64,000 bases of DNA, from NCBI GenBank assembly GCA_938039325.1, contig CALHUX010000047.1, positions 37,909-101,908 on the forward strand, read 5' to 3'. The notes below the pieces were generated by a model that saw only the letters and a list, made by a program, of their open reading frames with translations, ran no database searches and was not told the origin of the DNA. Positions 1-9,649 of this stretch are shown here, one piece after another. The position numbers were made by a program, and so were the translations under genes. Numbering within the stretch: position 1 is the first letter of the stretch; every line of letters begins with the position of its first letter. This DNA is from an uncultured Collinsella sp. GTDB taxonomy: Bacteria; Actinomycetota; Coriobacteriia; Coriobacteriales; Coriobacteriaceae.

Positions 1-1
1 G

Positions 2-1339
2 CGTGCGCTTGAGGCAGCAGGTCTTGAGGCTTGGTACGTGGGTGGTTGGGTACGTGATGCGCTGATGGGATGCCCCAGCCACGATGTCGACATGTGTTGC
101 AGCGGCCTGTGGCAGGAGTCCAAAGAGGCGCTCGAAGCGGCTGATATTGCCGTGGTTGAGTCGGGCATAAAATTTGGCGGCATCACGGCTATTTGCGATG
201 ATGAGCGCATTGAGGTCACCACCTACCGCCTAGACGGCTTTTACACCGACGGCCGCCATCCCCAGAGTGTGGAGCGTGCGGCGTCGCTTGAGGACGATCT
301 GGCGCGTCGTGACTTTACCGTTAACGCTATGGCCTGGCATCCCGAGCGTGGTCTTGTCGACCGCTACGATGGTCAGGGCGACCTAGACCGCAAGCTCATC
401 CGCGCCGTTGGAGATCCCAAGCGTCGTTTTAACGAGGACGCGCTTCGCATGCTGCGCGCGGTGCGTTTTGCCTGCCGTCTGGATTTTATGATCGAGCCTA
501 AGACTAAACAGGCGCTTGCCGAGTGCGCGCCGCTGCTCGATGCTGTGGCGCGCGAGCGCGTGGGCATTGAGCTCGAGGGTATCCTTTCGACCGGCCACGG
601 GGGAGACGCCATGCTGCGCTACCCCGAGCTCATCTGCGCCGCCGTGCCCGAGTTGGCAGCGGGTCGCGGGTTTGATCAGCGCAGCGTCTATCATGCGTTT
701 AACGTTTACGAGCATATCGCCCGTGTGCTGACGGTGGCAGGGGAGCTGGCGCTGTGCGACGGCGTCGCGCCCTCGTCGAGCCTTATGTGGGCGGCGTTTT
801 TGCACGACGTTTCCAAACCCGAGTGCTTTACGGTCGATCACGACGGCAGCGGCCACTTCTACGGTCATCCCGAGCTCGGCGCCAAGAAGGCGCGTGTCAT
901 CATGGATCGCCTGGCGCTCTCGCACGATTTGGTGCGCGATGTGTGCCTGCTGATCAAATACCATGACAAGCCGCTGCGCCCCGAGCGCTCCTGCCTGCTC
1001 AATATGATGCGCGCGCTTTCGGGCGAGGGTGTCGATACGCCGCGTCTGATGGACGAGCTCATGGACCTTAAGCGTGCCGACACGCTCGGCAAGGCGCCCT
1101 CGTGCTTCTATTACGTCGAGACGATCGAGGAGATGCGTACGCTCGCCCACGATCTGCTGCAGGCGGGGGAGCCCTATACACTCAAGATGCTTGCCATCAA
1201 TGGTGGCGATCTGATCCGCGCCGGCGTCAAGCCGGGGCCGGAGCTGGGGCAGCTTCTCAACGCTGCCCTCGACGCCGTGATCGAGGACAACATCCCCAAC
1301 AACCGCGAAGCCCTCCTGGCTCATCTCAACTTGAACTAG
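2..1339 (+). CDS. cca: CCA tRNA nucleotidyltransferase with HD domain (5' end outside window)
   Basis: The frame is open from base 2 (RALEAAGLEAWYVGGWVRD). Motifs GGxVRD, HDVD, DLARRDFTVNAMA, EDALRMLR and LHDVSK are present. Confidence 0.9.
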   Translation, partial: RALEAAGLEAWYVGGWVRDALMGCPSHDVDMCCSGLWQESKEALEAADIAVVESGIKFGGITAICDDERIEVTTYRLDGFYTDGRHPQSVERAASLEDDLARRDFTVNAMAWHPERGLVDRYDGQGDLDRKLIRAVGDPKRRFNEDALRMLRAVRFACRLDFMIEPKTKQALAECAPLLDAVARERVGIELEGILSTGHGGDAMLRYPELICAAVPELAAGRGFDQRSVYHAFNVYEHIARVLTVAGELALCDGVAPSSSLMWAAFLHDVSKPECFTVDHDGSGHFYGHPELGAKKARVIMDRLALSHDLVRDVCLLIKYHDKPLRPERSCLLNMMRALSGEGVDTPRLMDELMDLKRADTLGKAPSCFYYVETIEEMRTLAHDLLQAGEPYTLKMLAINGGDLIRAGVKPGPELGQLLNAALDAVIEDNIPNNREALLAHLNLN

Positions 1340-1404
1340 CTAACCAGTTGACCTGCGCGTTCCATAACCTGCCGACAATTTTTTCGGCAATTTGGAATTT
1401 CTTC

Positions 1405-1433
1405 TTGCGCTGATGTTTTTTGTCCCGTAATAT
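1405..1433 (+). promoter_or_regulatory. Sigma70-type promoter of tRNA-Glu
   Basis: TTGCGC (1405-1410), a 17-bp spacer, then TAATAT (1428-1433), just upstream of the tRNA. Confidence 0.65.
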
Positions 1434-1467
1434 ATTTCCTCGCAGCACGGCAGTGCAGATGTCATGT

Positions 1468-1544
1468 GGCCCGTTCGTCTAGCGGTTTAGGACGCCGCCC
1501 TCTCAAGGCGGAGATCACCAGTTCGAATCTGGTACGGGCTACCA
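1468..1544 (+). tRNA. tRNA-Glu (anticodon CTC)
   Basis: GGCCCGTTCGTCTAGCGG...; anticodon arm CCGCC-CTCTCAA-GGCGG; T-loop GTTCGAATC; encoded CCA end. Confidence 0.95.
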
Positions 1545-1554
1545 CGCATCTGAT

Positions 1555-1590
1555 ACCCGGACTTCCTATGGAAGCCCGGGTTTTTATTTT
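1555..1590 (+). terminator. Intrinsic terminator after tRNA-Glu
   Basis: Hairpin ACCCGGACTTCC-TAT-GGAAGCCCGGGT followed by a T-tract. Confidence 0.75.
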
Positions 1591-1693
1591 CAAACAACCG
1601 TCTGCAATTCCCGTTTGAACCAGAGCTTTGCGTTCTGCCTATGGCCCTTACGGGTACAATATCCAAGATATTTTGACTGTTAGAAGGAGTCTC

Positions 1694-2998
1694 ATGACGG
1701 AGTCCTCTCAGCATACGTCTAAGCCCCAGGTCGAGGTTGAGGCCTCGGGCGGCGATGACAATAAGAGCGCACGCCGCGGCGCAATCTTTATCGGCGTTGT
1801 GCTGGTGGGTTATATCGTCTATCTGGTGGTAACCGGGCAGATGGGGCAGTTCTGGGCTGCTATGTCGAGCGTCCAGGCGCCCTGGCTTCTCGCTGCATGC
1901 TTCTGCATGTTTCTATACCTCTTTTTTGGTATCGTGGCGTACGCGATTGCCGTTTGGCTCGACCCCAATTCGCCCGTCGGTATCCGCGACCTCATTTCGG
2001 TCGAGGCGAGTGGCATCTTCTTTGGTAATCTGACACCCATGATGATGGGCTCTACGCCTGCCCAGATCTACCGCATGACCAAAGCGGGCCAAAATGTCGG
2101 CGAGGCCGGCGCCACGCAGTTCACGCGTTTTATCGTGTATCAGTTTGGCCTTGTTGCCTGGGGCGCTATCCTATTGCTTGCTCGCATGCCGTTTTTTGCC
2201 GAGCGCTATGGCGACATGACGCTGCTGTGCGTCTTTAGTTTTGGCGGCCACTGCTGCATCTTGCTTGGTATCTTCGCCGTCGCGCTCATGCCTAAGACCG
2301 TCACGCGCGTCGCCCATTGCATCATCAATTGGCTCGAGCGCATAGGTGTCTCGGCCACTAAGATCGAGGGATGGCGCACGTTTGTCGACGGCGAGATCTA
2401 CTCCTTCTCCGAGAAGTTCAAGCTTTCAGCCGGCCACTTTTCGTCCATGCTGCTCACGGTGGTCATCACCATGTTGCAGCTCGCGTTTTTCTACCTCGTG
2501 CCGTATTTCCTGATGCTTGCCTTTGGCCACCACGAAGTCGACTTTTTCTCGGTCATGGCCGCGAGCGCCTTTGTTCAGCTCCTGAGCTCTGCTGTTCCCC
2601 TGCCCGGTGGCACCGGCGGTGCCGAGGGTGGCTTCGCGCTGTTCCTGGGTCATTTCTTTGGGTCGGCGTCGACCGCCGGTTATCTGCTGTGGCGCCTCAT
2701 TACGTTTATCGCGCCGACGATTTTGGCCGCGCCCCTGCTGGGTCTTAAGAGCGCTCACAACGAGAGTATCCACGCACGCTGGGATCGCGCGATGCGCAAG
2801 CTCGGACGATCGCCTCAGACGTCCTCTAAGCCTGCAAAGCCCCATCCTGTGAATGCGGTTACCGTGGATCCCAATCAGCATGCTCAGAAGGCTTCTGGGG
2901 CCGCCAAACCGTCGCATAAGGCCTATGTGCGCCAGACAGGTGACGGCATCCGTGTGTCCCCGGCTGCTTTGAACAAAAAGAAGCTCCCTAAGGCGTAA
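1694..2998 (+). CDS. Lysylphosphatidylglycerol synthase TM-domain (UPF0104/flippase-like) membrane protein
   Basis: AAGGAG RBS precedes ATG 1694. Multi-TM protein with motifs FFGNLTP, PLPGGTGGAEG and LLWRLITF, plus a basic C-terminal tail. Confidence 0.8.
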   Translation: MTESSQHTSKPQVEVEASGGDDNKSARRGAIFIGVVLVGYIVYLVVTGQMGQFWAAMSSVQAPWLLAACFCMFLYLFFGIVAYAIAVWLDPNSPVGIRDLISVEASGIFFGNLTPMMMGSTPAQIYRMTKAGQNVGEAGATQFTRFIVYQFGLVAWGAILLLARMPFFAERYGDMTLLCVFSFGGHCCILLGIFAVALMPKTVTRVAHCIINWLERIGVSATKIEGWRTFVDGEIYSFSEKFKLSAGHFSSMLLTVVITMLQLAFFYLVPYFLMLAFGHHEVDFFSVMAASAFVQLLSSAVPLPGGTGGAEGGFALFLGHFFGSASTAGYLLWRLITFIAPTILAAPLLGLKSAHNESIHARWDRAMRKLGRSPQTSSKPAKPHPVNAVTVDPNQHAQKASGAAKPSHKAYVRQTGDGIRVSPAALNKKKLPKA

Positions 2999-3116
2999 CA
3001 GTTGGTCGTGCGTTCTTCATGTTGCCGGGCTTTTTTGCGCCGGATGGGGGATAATCCTCTTACGTAGATTAACTCTCATCTGTTGATGAATGCTCACATT
3101 CCGAGGGGACACGTCC

Positions 3117-3728
3117 ATGGACACCAGCAAACCGCGCCTCGACCGCCGCATCGTTCGCAGCCGCAATGCCATCCTTTCTGCGTTTGAGCGCCTGCTGATG
3201 GATAAACCGCTTGCCGATATTACCGTGAGTGCCATCGCGCGTGAGGCAAATGTCGATCGTAAGACCTTCTACGTGCACTTTGGTACGGTTGATGGCTTGC
3301 TCGATGCCATTGCCGTCGATGTGGTGGAGATGATTGTCGACTCGGTCGAGAAAACGCTTGCTTCCATGGACGGTGACACCAACGAGCGCGCCCTGGGCGC
3401 GGCGGCGACCTTCTTTAAAACCGTTAACGAGGCACTGTGCAACAACCTGGTGCTCAATCGTCAGCTGATCGAGAACATTCCGCTCGATGATTTTATGGCT
3501 CGTCTTCGTACGCCGCTCGAGCACGAGATTGCCGAGCGCGATCTGCTGCCCCACGGTCTCAAGGACGAGATGTTCGATTACTATCTGGCGTTTTTGCTGT
3601 CCGGTATTATCGGTATCTATCGCACGTGGGCGCTGTCTGATGGTTCGGTTCCTATCGAGCGTGTCTCGGAGGTCGCCAACGACCTGACTCTCAATGGCCT
3701 GTCGAGTCTGGAATCTCGCTTGGATTAG
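3117..3728 (+). CDS. TetR/AcrR family transcriptional regulator
   Basis: DRRIVRSRNAI...ITVSAIAREANVDRKTFYVHF HTH motif; GAGGGG RBS before ATG 3117. Confidence 0.9.
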   Translation: MDTSKPRLDRRIVRSRNAILSAFERLLMDKPLADITVSAIAREANVDRKTFYVHFGTVDGLLDAIAVDVVEMIVDSVEKTLASMDGDTNERALGAAATFFKTVNEALCNNLVLNRQLIENIPLDDFMARLRTPLEHEIAERDLLPHGLKDEMFDYYLAFLLSGIIGIYRTWALSDGSVPIERVSEVANDLTLNGLSSLESRLD

Positions 3729-3960
3729 GCGCAGGCTCGAGTTCGTGAGGCGCTTGTCGGGGTGCAGCCCGATCGACCAGGCGACGAGCATCCCGCCGAA
3801 GCAGTCGATGACCGGGCTCAGGTAGACCTTCTCGCCGCCCGGGAGTCTGAACTCGGTGATGTCGGTGAGCCACAGCAGGTTGGGCTCGTCGGCGTGGAAA
3901 TTCCTGTTCACGAGGTTCTCCGGCGCCTTGGAGACCTCGCCGGCGTAGGAGCAGTAGCCT
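3729..3960 (-). mobile_element. IS3-family transposase remnant (start of rve/DDE core)
   Basis: Minus-strand translation SYAGEVSKAPENLVNRNFHADEPNLLWLTDITEFRLPGGEKVYLSPVIDCFGGMLVAWSIG is a typical IS3 OrfB segment, truncated on both sides. Confidence 0.85.
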
Positions 3961-3985
3961 GAGGATCCTTAAATGAAAGTTCAGT

Positions 3986-5302
3986 TTATCCTTCCCACTC
4001 CAATTGGGAATCCTCCGATGCGCCTTTGCACGCTCGCATGACCTCGATACCGTGCGAGCGTGCGAACTTGACGAGCTCTGCGTTGCGGGCGTTTATGGTG
4101 CCGAAGGCGACGGGGCACACGATAAGGCGCGCGCAGTGGACGAGGAGCTCTTTGGCGCGGGCTATTGTTTTATCCCCGATCGGCTCGAAGGCGCGCTCGA
4201 CCACGCATTCCGCCGCCAAGTCGCGCGCGAGCTCGCAGTCGATGTCCCCTTCGTGCAGAACGCCCGCGTAGAACGACTTGCCCTGCCGGATAAGCTGGCG
4301 AAACACAGCCGACCCCGTACCTGCGCCGGCGATGACGAACGTGTGCGCATCGCCGTGCGGGCGCCCAATTTCCACGCTGCCGAAGCGCTCGTTGAAGGTG
4401 CCATGCTGAAGGCCGTAGAGCTCGCCAATCGTCTCGCGCGTGAATATGTCCTCGGGTACGCCGGCGCGGAAGACCCGGTCGTCCTTCACGCAAATCACCT
4501 TGTCGGCGCTTTTCTGCGCGAGCTCGAGTTCGTGGATGGACATGATGACAGCCACATTCCGCGATTTCGCAAGGTGGCGAAGAATTCGCAGCAGGTCGAT
4601 CTGGTAGCGGATATCGAGATACGACGTGGGCTCGTCGAGCACGAGCACACGCGGATCCTGCGCGATGGCGCGTGCGAGCATGACGCGCTGGCGTTGCCCG
4701 TCGCTTATCTGCATGAAGTCGCGCTCGGCGAGCTCTTCCACATGTGCGGTTTTCATAGCCTCGTCGACCCGACTATGGTCGTCGGGCGAGAGTGTACCCA
4801 TTCGTCCGGTGTAGGGATGCCTTCCCGCCTCTACGATATCGCGGCAGGTGAGGAGCTCGGTCCGGGGGCGATCTGTCAGCATAACGGCAAGGTTCCTTGC
4901 GAACTCCGCCGTCTTCCATCGGGAAATCTCTCGCCCGTCGAGCTCGACCGCGCCGGCAAGCGGTGCTAGATGGCGTGTGATGGTTTTCAAGATGGTCGAC
5001 TTGCCCGAGCCGTTCGGCCCGATGAGCGCCACGACGTCGCCCGCGCGAACCTCCAGATCGACGCCTTCGACTACAACCTTCTTGTCGTAGCCCGCCGACA
5101 GGTCGCTTATGCGGAAAAGCGGCGCTCCGTCAGCCTGCGTTTCGACCGGGGTTTCGAGGTTCGACTCCGCTCGGAGGAGGCGTTCCGCGCGCAGTTCCGC
5201 ACGAGCCGAAAGTGCCTTCTGGCGCTTTCGTGTGAGCTCAGGACTGTCTAAGCATGGAATGTCCCCTCTGAGCATTTTGGGCCGCGGCACGAATTCCCCC
5301 AT
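3986..5302 (-). CDS. ABC transporter ATP-binding protein (FecE/BtuD type) with extra C-terminal domain
   Basis: Walker A GPNGSGKS, signature ISDGQRQR, Walker B LVLDEPT; C-terminal FVIAGAGTG...GVLHEGDID domain. Confidence 0.9.
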   Translation of the reverse strand: MGEFVPRPKMLRGDIPCLDSPELTRKRQKALSARAELRAERLLRAESNLETPVETQADGAPLFRISDLSAGYDKKVVVEGVDLEVRAGDVVALIGPNGSGKSTILKTITRHLAPLAGAVELDGREISRWKTAEFARNLAVMLTDRPRTELLTCRDIVEAGRHPYTGRMGTLSPDDHSRVDEAMKTAHVEELAERDFMQISDGQRQRVMLARAIAQDPRVLVLDEPTSYLDIRYQIDLLRILRHLAKSRNVAVIMSIHELELAQKSADKVICVKDDRVFRAGVPEDIFTRETIGELYGLQHGTFNERFGSVEIGRPHGDAHTFVIAGAGTGSAVFRQLIRQGKSFYAGVLHEGDIDCELARDLAAECVVERAFEPIGDKTIARAKELLVHCARLIVCPVAFGTINARNAELVKFARSHGIEVMRACKGASEDSQLEWEG

Positions 5303-6343
5303 CTACCTCACCCGCTTCTTCAACATGAGCGCGATAACCACCGGCGCGCCGAAGATGGCGGTGACTGCGCTGATGGAAAGCTCGACGGGAGAGAACAGCG
5401 TGCGCGCGATCAAATCGCAGCCCGCGCAGAAGATGGCGCCTCCCAAGAAGCACGCAGGAATCACGCGGATGGGCTTCGACGACTTTAGCGCCGACTTCAC
5501 GAGATGCGGAACCGCGATGCCTACGAACGACACCGGACCAGCGAACGCGGTCACGCAGGCGGAGAGCATGCTCGCTAGAAGGACGAGCACCACGCGGAAG
5601 CGTGCGACGTTCACGCCGACGCTTTTCGCGTAGGCTTCTCCCAGCTGGAAGGCGGAAAGGGGCTTCGATATCGCGAATACGCATGCGCTCACGGTGATCA
5701 CCACGACCGCGATGACCGCCACGTCGTCCCAGCTCGAACCCGAGAAGCTACCCAAAGACCAGTTGTGCAGGTTCACGATGGACTGGTCGTCGGCGAAGGC
5801 GATGAGGAAGTTCGTCGCCGCCGAGCAGATGTATCCCACCATGACACCCGCCACGATGAGCATGGCCATGGAACTTATGCGCCGTGCGATGAGGAGCACG
5901 AAGCCGATGGTGATAAGCGAGCCCAGAAACGCTGCGGCCACCATGGCCGGCGAGGACATGGCCTGGTTCGCGCCCAGAAGTACGATCATCGTAAGCGCGA
6001 CGACGAACTTTGCGCCCGAGGAGACGCCCAAGATGAACGGGTCGGCGATGGGGTTGTTGAAAAACGTCTGCAGCAGGAACCCGGAGAGCGAAAGTGCCCC
6101 GCCGAGAAGCACGGCTGAAAGCACGCGCGGCAGGCGAATCTCCCAGATGACTTGGCTTTCCATGGAATTGGCCGCGCCGCCCGAAAGGATGCCGGGGATG
6201 TGGTCTGCGGGCACGAGCACGCTCCCGATGCACAGGTTGGCCCCGACGAGCACGATGAGGGCAACAGCGAGCAGCGCCGTCACGACGCGACACCGCGCGG
6301 CGCGCCCCGATTCGTCGTATGCCATGGAAATCCGGCTTCTCAT
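5303..6343 (-). CDS. FecCD/BtuC-family ABC permease
   Basis: Motifs IRLPR, NPIADPFILGVSSGA, LGEAYAKSVG and FVGIAVPH. Confidence 0.9.
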   Translation of the reverse strand: MRSRISMAYDESGRAARCRVVTALLAVALIVLVGANLCIGSVLVPADHIPGILSGGAANSMESQVIWEIRLPRVLSAVLLGGALSLSGFLLQTFFNNPIADPFILGVSSGAKFVVALTMIVLLGANQAMSSPAMVAAAFLGSLITIGFVLLIARRISSMAMLIVAGVMVGYICSAATNFLIAFADDQSIVNLHNWSLGSFSGSSWDDVAVIAVVVITVSACVFAISKPLSAFQLGEAYAKSVGVNVARFRVVLVLLASMLSACVTAFAGPVSFVGIAVPHLVKSALKSSKPIRVIPACFLGGAIFCAGCDLIARTLFSPVELSISAVTAIFGAPVVIALMLKKRVR

Positions 6344-6347
6344 GGCG

Positions 6348-7919
6348 CTAGCCGAGCTTCCTCAGATAATGGAAGTCGCTCGCGTCATCGCCGGTGAACG
6401 CCCCGTGCAGCTCGTCGATAATGTCGGCGGTGGAAGTCATCTGCTGGTACATGTCGGCGCTTGTGACCCAGACGTTGCCGTTCTTCACGGCTTTGAACTG
6501 CGACAATAGCGCGTTTTTGCCTACGAAGTCGTTCAAGGTGGCAACCGATTCGTCGATGGTGCCGTTGTAGACGATGATGTCGGCATCCTTCGCCGTCGCG
6601 TAGAAGCGCTCCATTTCGAGCGTTACTGACGAACCTGACGTCGACGCCGTCTGCGCGTCATCGAGCGCATAGCTGCCGCCTGCAAGCTCGATCATCTGCG
6701 CCACGTAGTCGCCCGCCCGCCGCGTGACGGCGGCCCCGTTCGAGTTAATGTAGAAATACGCCACGGTTTTACCTGACGACGCGAGCCCCGACGTTTGCTC
6801 GACGCGGGCCTTCTGCTCGTTGAACAGGCGCGCGGCCTCGTCTTCCTTGTCGAATAGGACGCCGAAAAGCTTAATCCACTCGACGCGCCCGAGTGCTTCG
6901 GGCTCGCTCGACGACTGTTCGGTGAGCACGACGAGTCCGAGCTTCTGCAGCTTTTCCTTCACATCGGGCGTGTGGTTGATCATGGTGTTCTCGATGGCGA
7001 GCGTGCAGCCCGAGGCCGATATTCGCTCGTAGTCGGGCGTGCTGTACTTGCCGCCGTAGGCGATCGCCCCACTTTCGAGTGCGCTTTTGAAGCCCGCGAC
7101 CGAGCAATCGTCGGCCTTCGTGCCCGACATGATGATATTGTCGTTCGCATCGAGCGCGTCGACCAGGCACATCGTCGCCGACGACACGAGGTACACCTTG
7201 TCGGCGGGGCGCCTTATGACCGCGATGTCGGAGCTCAACCCATCAGGTACGTTCGCATCTTGCGGCACCACGAGGAAACGTTCCCCATTCGAAACGCAGA
7301 TAAGCCGCAGACCGCCTTCGAACTCGTCGACAGTGAAGTGCTCGGCGTATTCAAGGTGAAGCGCCCCCGTCGGCTCCCAGCCACAGCCCAAATCGGCGTT
7401 GTGGAAGTCGGCCGCGGCGCTTGAAGCCGTTCCCGCAGGGGAGCCGCCGCTTGCTTCGTCGCCCGATTTCTCCTTCATGGTGGATGAGTCGAAGTGGATC
7501 GTGTAGTCGATGGTGTGCGGCGTCGACATGGCGACGGTCTCGGCCGACACGGCGATGTCCTCGTCGAGCGTGACGGGTATCTCGAACGTGGAGTTTCCGC
7601 CGTCGTTTACGGGCGCGTAGTCCACGCCGTCGACGGTCATCTTGTCGTAGTTCGAACTCGACCAGGTGATGGTCGCGGTGTAGGTGTCACCATCCTTCAC
7701 AATTGTGGTGGGCGAGGCGATGCTTGCGCGCCCTGACCCGCCGGAAAGCGAAACACTCACAGTGTATTCCTGAGAGCCCGCCGTGCCACCGGTCGCGTTC
7801 GGGCTCGCACTGCACCCCGCGAAGGGAAGCGCGAGCAGGGCGACGAGAACGCAGGCGATCGCGCGCGCCACGATGCCATGGCGCTTCCTGTTTTCCCCCT
7901 TGGGAAGAATCGACCGCAT
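6348..7919 (-). CDS. Lipoprotein ABC substrate-binding protein (Fe/B12 type) with N-terminal NEAT-like domain
   Basis: Lipobox FAGC; beta-rich domain (LSGGSGRASI...WSSSNYDKM...STPHTIDYTI); Ser/Ala linker; SBP motif EPEALGRVEWIKLFG. Confidence 0.8.
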   Translation of the reverse strand: MRSILPKGENRKRHGIVARAIACVLVALLALPFAGCSASPNATGGTAGSQEYTVSVSLSGGSGRASIASPTTIVKDGDTYTATITWSSSNYDKMTVDGVDYAPVNDGGNSTFEIPVTLDEDIAVSAETVAMSTPHTIDYTIHFDSSTMKEKSGDEASGGSPAGTASSAAADFHNADLGCGWEPTGALHLEYAEHFTVDEFEGGLRLICVSNGERFLVVPQDANVPDGLSSDIAVIRRPADKVYLVSSATMCLVDALDANDNIIMSGTKADDCSVAGFKSALESGAIAYGGKYSTPDYERISASGCTLAIENTMINHTPDVKEKLQKLGLVVLTEQSSSEPEALGRVEWIKLFGVLFDKEDEAARLFNEQKARVEQTSGLASSGKTVAYFYINSNGAAVTRRAGDYVAQMIELAGGSYALDDAQTASTSGSSVTLEMERFYATAKDADIIVYNGTIDESVATLNDFVGKNALLSQFKAVKNGNVWVTSADMYQQMTSTADIIDELHGAFTGDDASDFHYLRKLG

Positions 7920-7923
7920 GGCG

Positions 7924-8457
7924 TTACTTCAGTGCGTCGGCGCGCAGATCGACGCCGGCGGATTCGAACACAAGCGTGCGGTCGTACCACTGCTCTTTTC
8001 TAATACTCCACGCGGCACAGGCGGTGTCCTCGTCGAGCGCATCAACGGGCACGTCGTAGGTGTACTTGCCTTCCGCGTTTTCCACATAGGGGATGAAGTC
8101 GGCCTCGCTCGCGGCGGCAGCCTCGTCGCCCGTGCCCATGAAGAGCTTGCCGTAGCCCGTGCCGGAAAGCGTCATCACGCAGTGCATGGAGCCGTTTTCC
8201 ACGATGAGCTGGGCGTCCACAATTCTGAACATGTTCGAGCTGGAATCTACGGTGATCGGATAGGTGCCGTCGGCCACCTTGTCGGCGGTGATGGGGGAAG
8301 CGCTTGCGCCCTCGGTCGCATCGGCCGCCTGCTCGGTCTTTTCCTGGGAATCGGCATCGCTTGCCTTTGCGCTGTCGATTGAATTTCCGCCGCAGCCGGC
8401 GAGCGAGAACGCGAAAAGCGCCGCCGACAGGGCGAAGACGAGGGTTTTCTTCAACAT
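7924..8457 (-). CDS. Small lipoprotein with a single NEAT-like beta domain
   Basis: GAAAGGA RBS; signal MLKKTLVFALSAALFAFSLAGC (lipobox); domain DGTYPITVDSSSNMFRIV...LSGTGYGKLFMG...WYDRTLVF. Confidence 0.7.
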   Translation of the reverse strand: MLKKTLVFALSAALFAFSLAGCGGNSIDSAKASDADSQEKTEQAADATEGASASPITADKVADGTYPITVDSSSNMFRIVDAQLIVENGSMHCVMTLSGTGYGKLFMGTGDEAAAASEADFIPYVENAEGKYTYDVPVDALDEDTACAAWSIRKEQWYDRTLVFESAGVDLRADALK

Positions 8458-8601
8458 GGAGGGGTTCCTTTCAATCGCTTCGACCGCCCGCGCCGTGCGG
8501 TGGTCGGGCGGGATGCGAATGCAACGGGCATGCGTCGTCGTCGGGGAAAGGCGCATGCCCGTTGCACGGGGACGCGACCGGCGCCCCCGTGCGCGGCGAG
8601 T

Positions 8602-9528
8602 TTACAGCTTGGCGATGGCGTCGTCCACGTGCGAGACGTAGATGTCGTCGACCGCGACGTTCTGTCCCAGACCCTGGAGCAGGCACGTCACTTCGAAGCC
8701 GGCGGCCACGAACTTCGCAGCCCAGCTGTCGGGGTCGGTCTCGTCTGCCATGTCGTTGTTCGCGTGGTCGCCCGCGACCACCATGAACGGCGCGAGCACG
8801 GCCTTCTTGTAGCCTGCGGCGCTCGCGGCGGCGATAACATCCTCGCAGGTCGGTTCAGCCTCGACGGTGCCGACGAAGAACTGCGTCAAGCCCTCGTTCT
8901 TGAACACTTCCTGCATCTTGGCATAGTCGGCGTTGGAATCGGCTTCGGTGCCGTGGCCCATGAGGCACAGCGCCGTCTTGCCGTCGTCGAAGGACGCCAT
9001 GTTCTCCTTAATGGCTGCGGCCACCTTCTTGTAGTCATCGTCGGAGGTGAGCAGCGGGTCGCCGAGCGAGATTTTGTCGAACTTGTCGGCGTACTTGTCG
9101 AGCTCGTCTTTCACGTCGGTGTATTCCAGGCCACCCATGAGATGCGTCGGCTGTACGACGATTTCCTTCACGCCGTCTTCCACGCAGCGGTCGAGCGCCT
9201 CGGTCATGTTGTCGATCGTGATGCCGTCGCGCTTCTTCAGCTTGTCGATGATGATCTGCGCGGTGAAGGCGCGGCGGATGTCGTAGTCCTGCCAGTACTT
9301 CTCGCGGATAGCGTCTTCGATGGCGCCGATGGTTATGTGGCGCGAGTCGTTGTAGCTCGTGCCGAAGCTCGTGACGAGGATGACCGGCTTCACGGCCTTC
9401 TCCTTTTCACTCGATTTCTCGGAACTCGCGGAGGTGTTGGAGCAGCCCGCGAGCGCGACTCCGGCGAGCGCGACGGCTCCGGTTGCTGCTGCGCCCATGA
9501 AGCCGCGGCGTGACATCTGGTCGGACAT
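8602..9528 (-). CDS. cbiK: Sirohydrochlorin cobaltochelatase CbiK with twin-arginine-like lipoprotein signal
   Basis: Motifs ILVTSFGTS, RRAFTA, VQPTHLMGGLEY, LMGHGT and VVAGDHANNDM. N-terminus MSDQMSRRGFMGAAATGAVALAGVALAGC; GAAAGGA RBS. Confidence 0.9.
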   Translation of the reverse strand: MSDQMSRRGFMGAAATGAVALAGVALAGCSNTSASSEKSSEKEKAVKPVILVTSFGTSYNDSRHITIGAIEDAIREKYWQDYDIRRAFTAQIIIDKLKKRDGITIDNMTEALDRCVEDGVKEIVVQPTHLMGGLEYTDVKDELDKYADKFDKISLGDPLLTSDDDYKKVAAAIKENMASFDDGKTALCLMGHGTEADSNADYAKMQEVFKNEGLTQFFVGTVEAEPTCEDVIAAASAAGYKKAVLAPFMVVAGDHANNDMADETDPDSWAAKFVAAGFEVTCLLQGLGQNVAVDDIYVSHVDDAIAKL

Positions 9529-9649
9529 GGTTTTTCCTTTCCTCGGTTTGCCGGTCCCCCGGCGACAGTTGCTTGTCGGCACAAGCGAAAGAAAAGCGCA
9601 CCCCTCGGGGTTCACAAGGAGCTAACGCCACGGCGATGCCGTGAGGAAA

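Noticed and set aside
1468..1544. tRNA-Glu as the integration site of the B12 island
   Set aside because: The island starts ~2.2 kb downstream, after two host-like genes. I saw no duplicated tRNA 3' end and no integrase.
3069..3911. 280-aa minus-strand ORF starting with a transposase motif
   Set aside because: Chimeric: only the first ~60 aa are IS3-derived, and the rest is the antisense of tetR. It is not a functional transposase.
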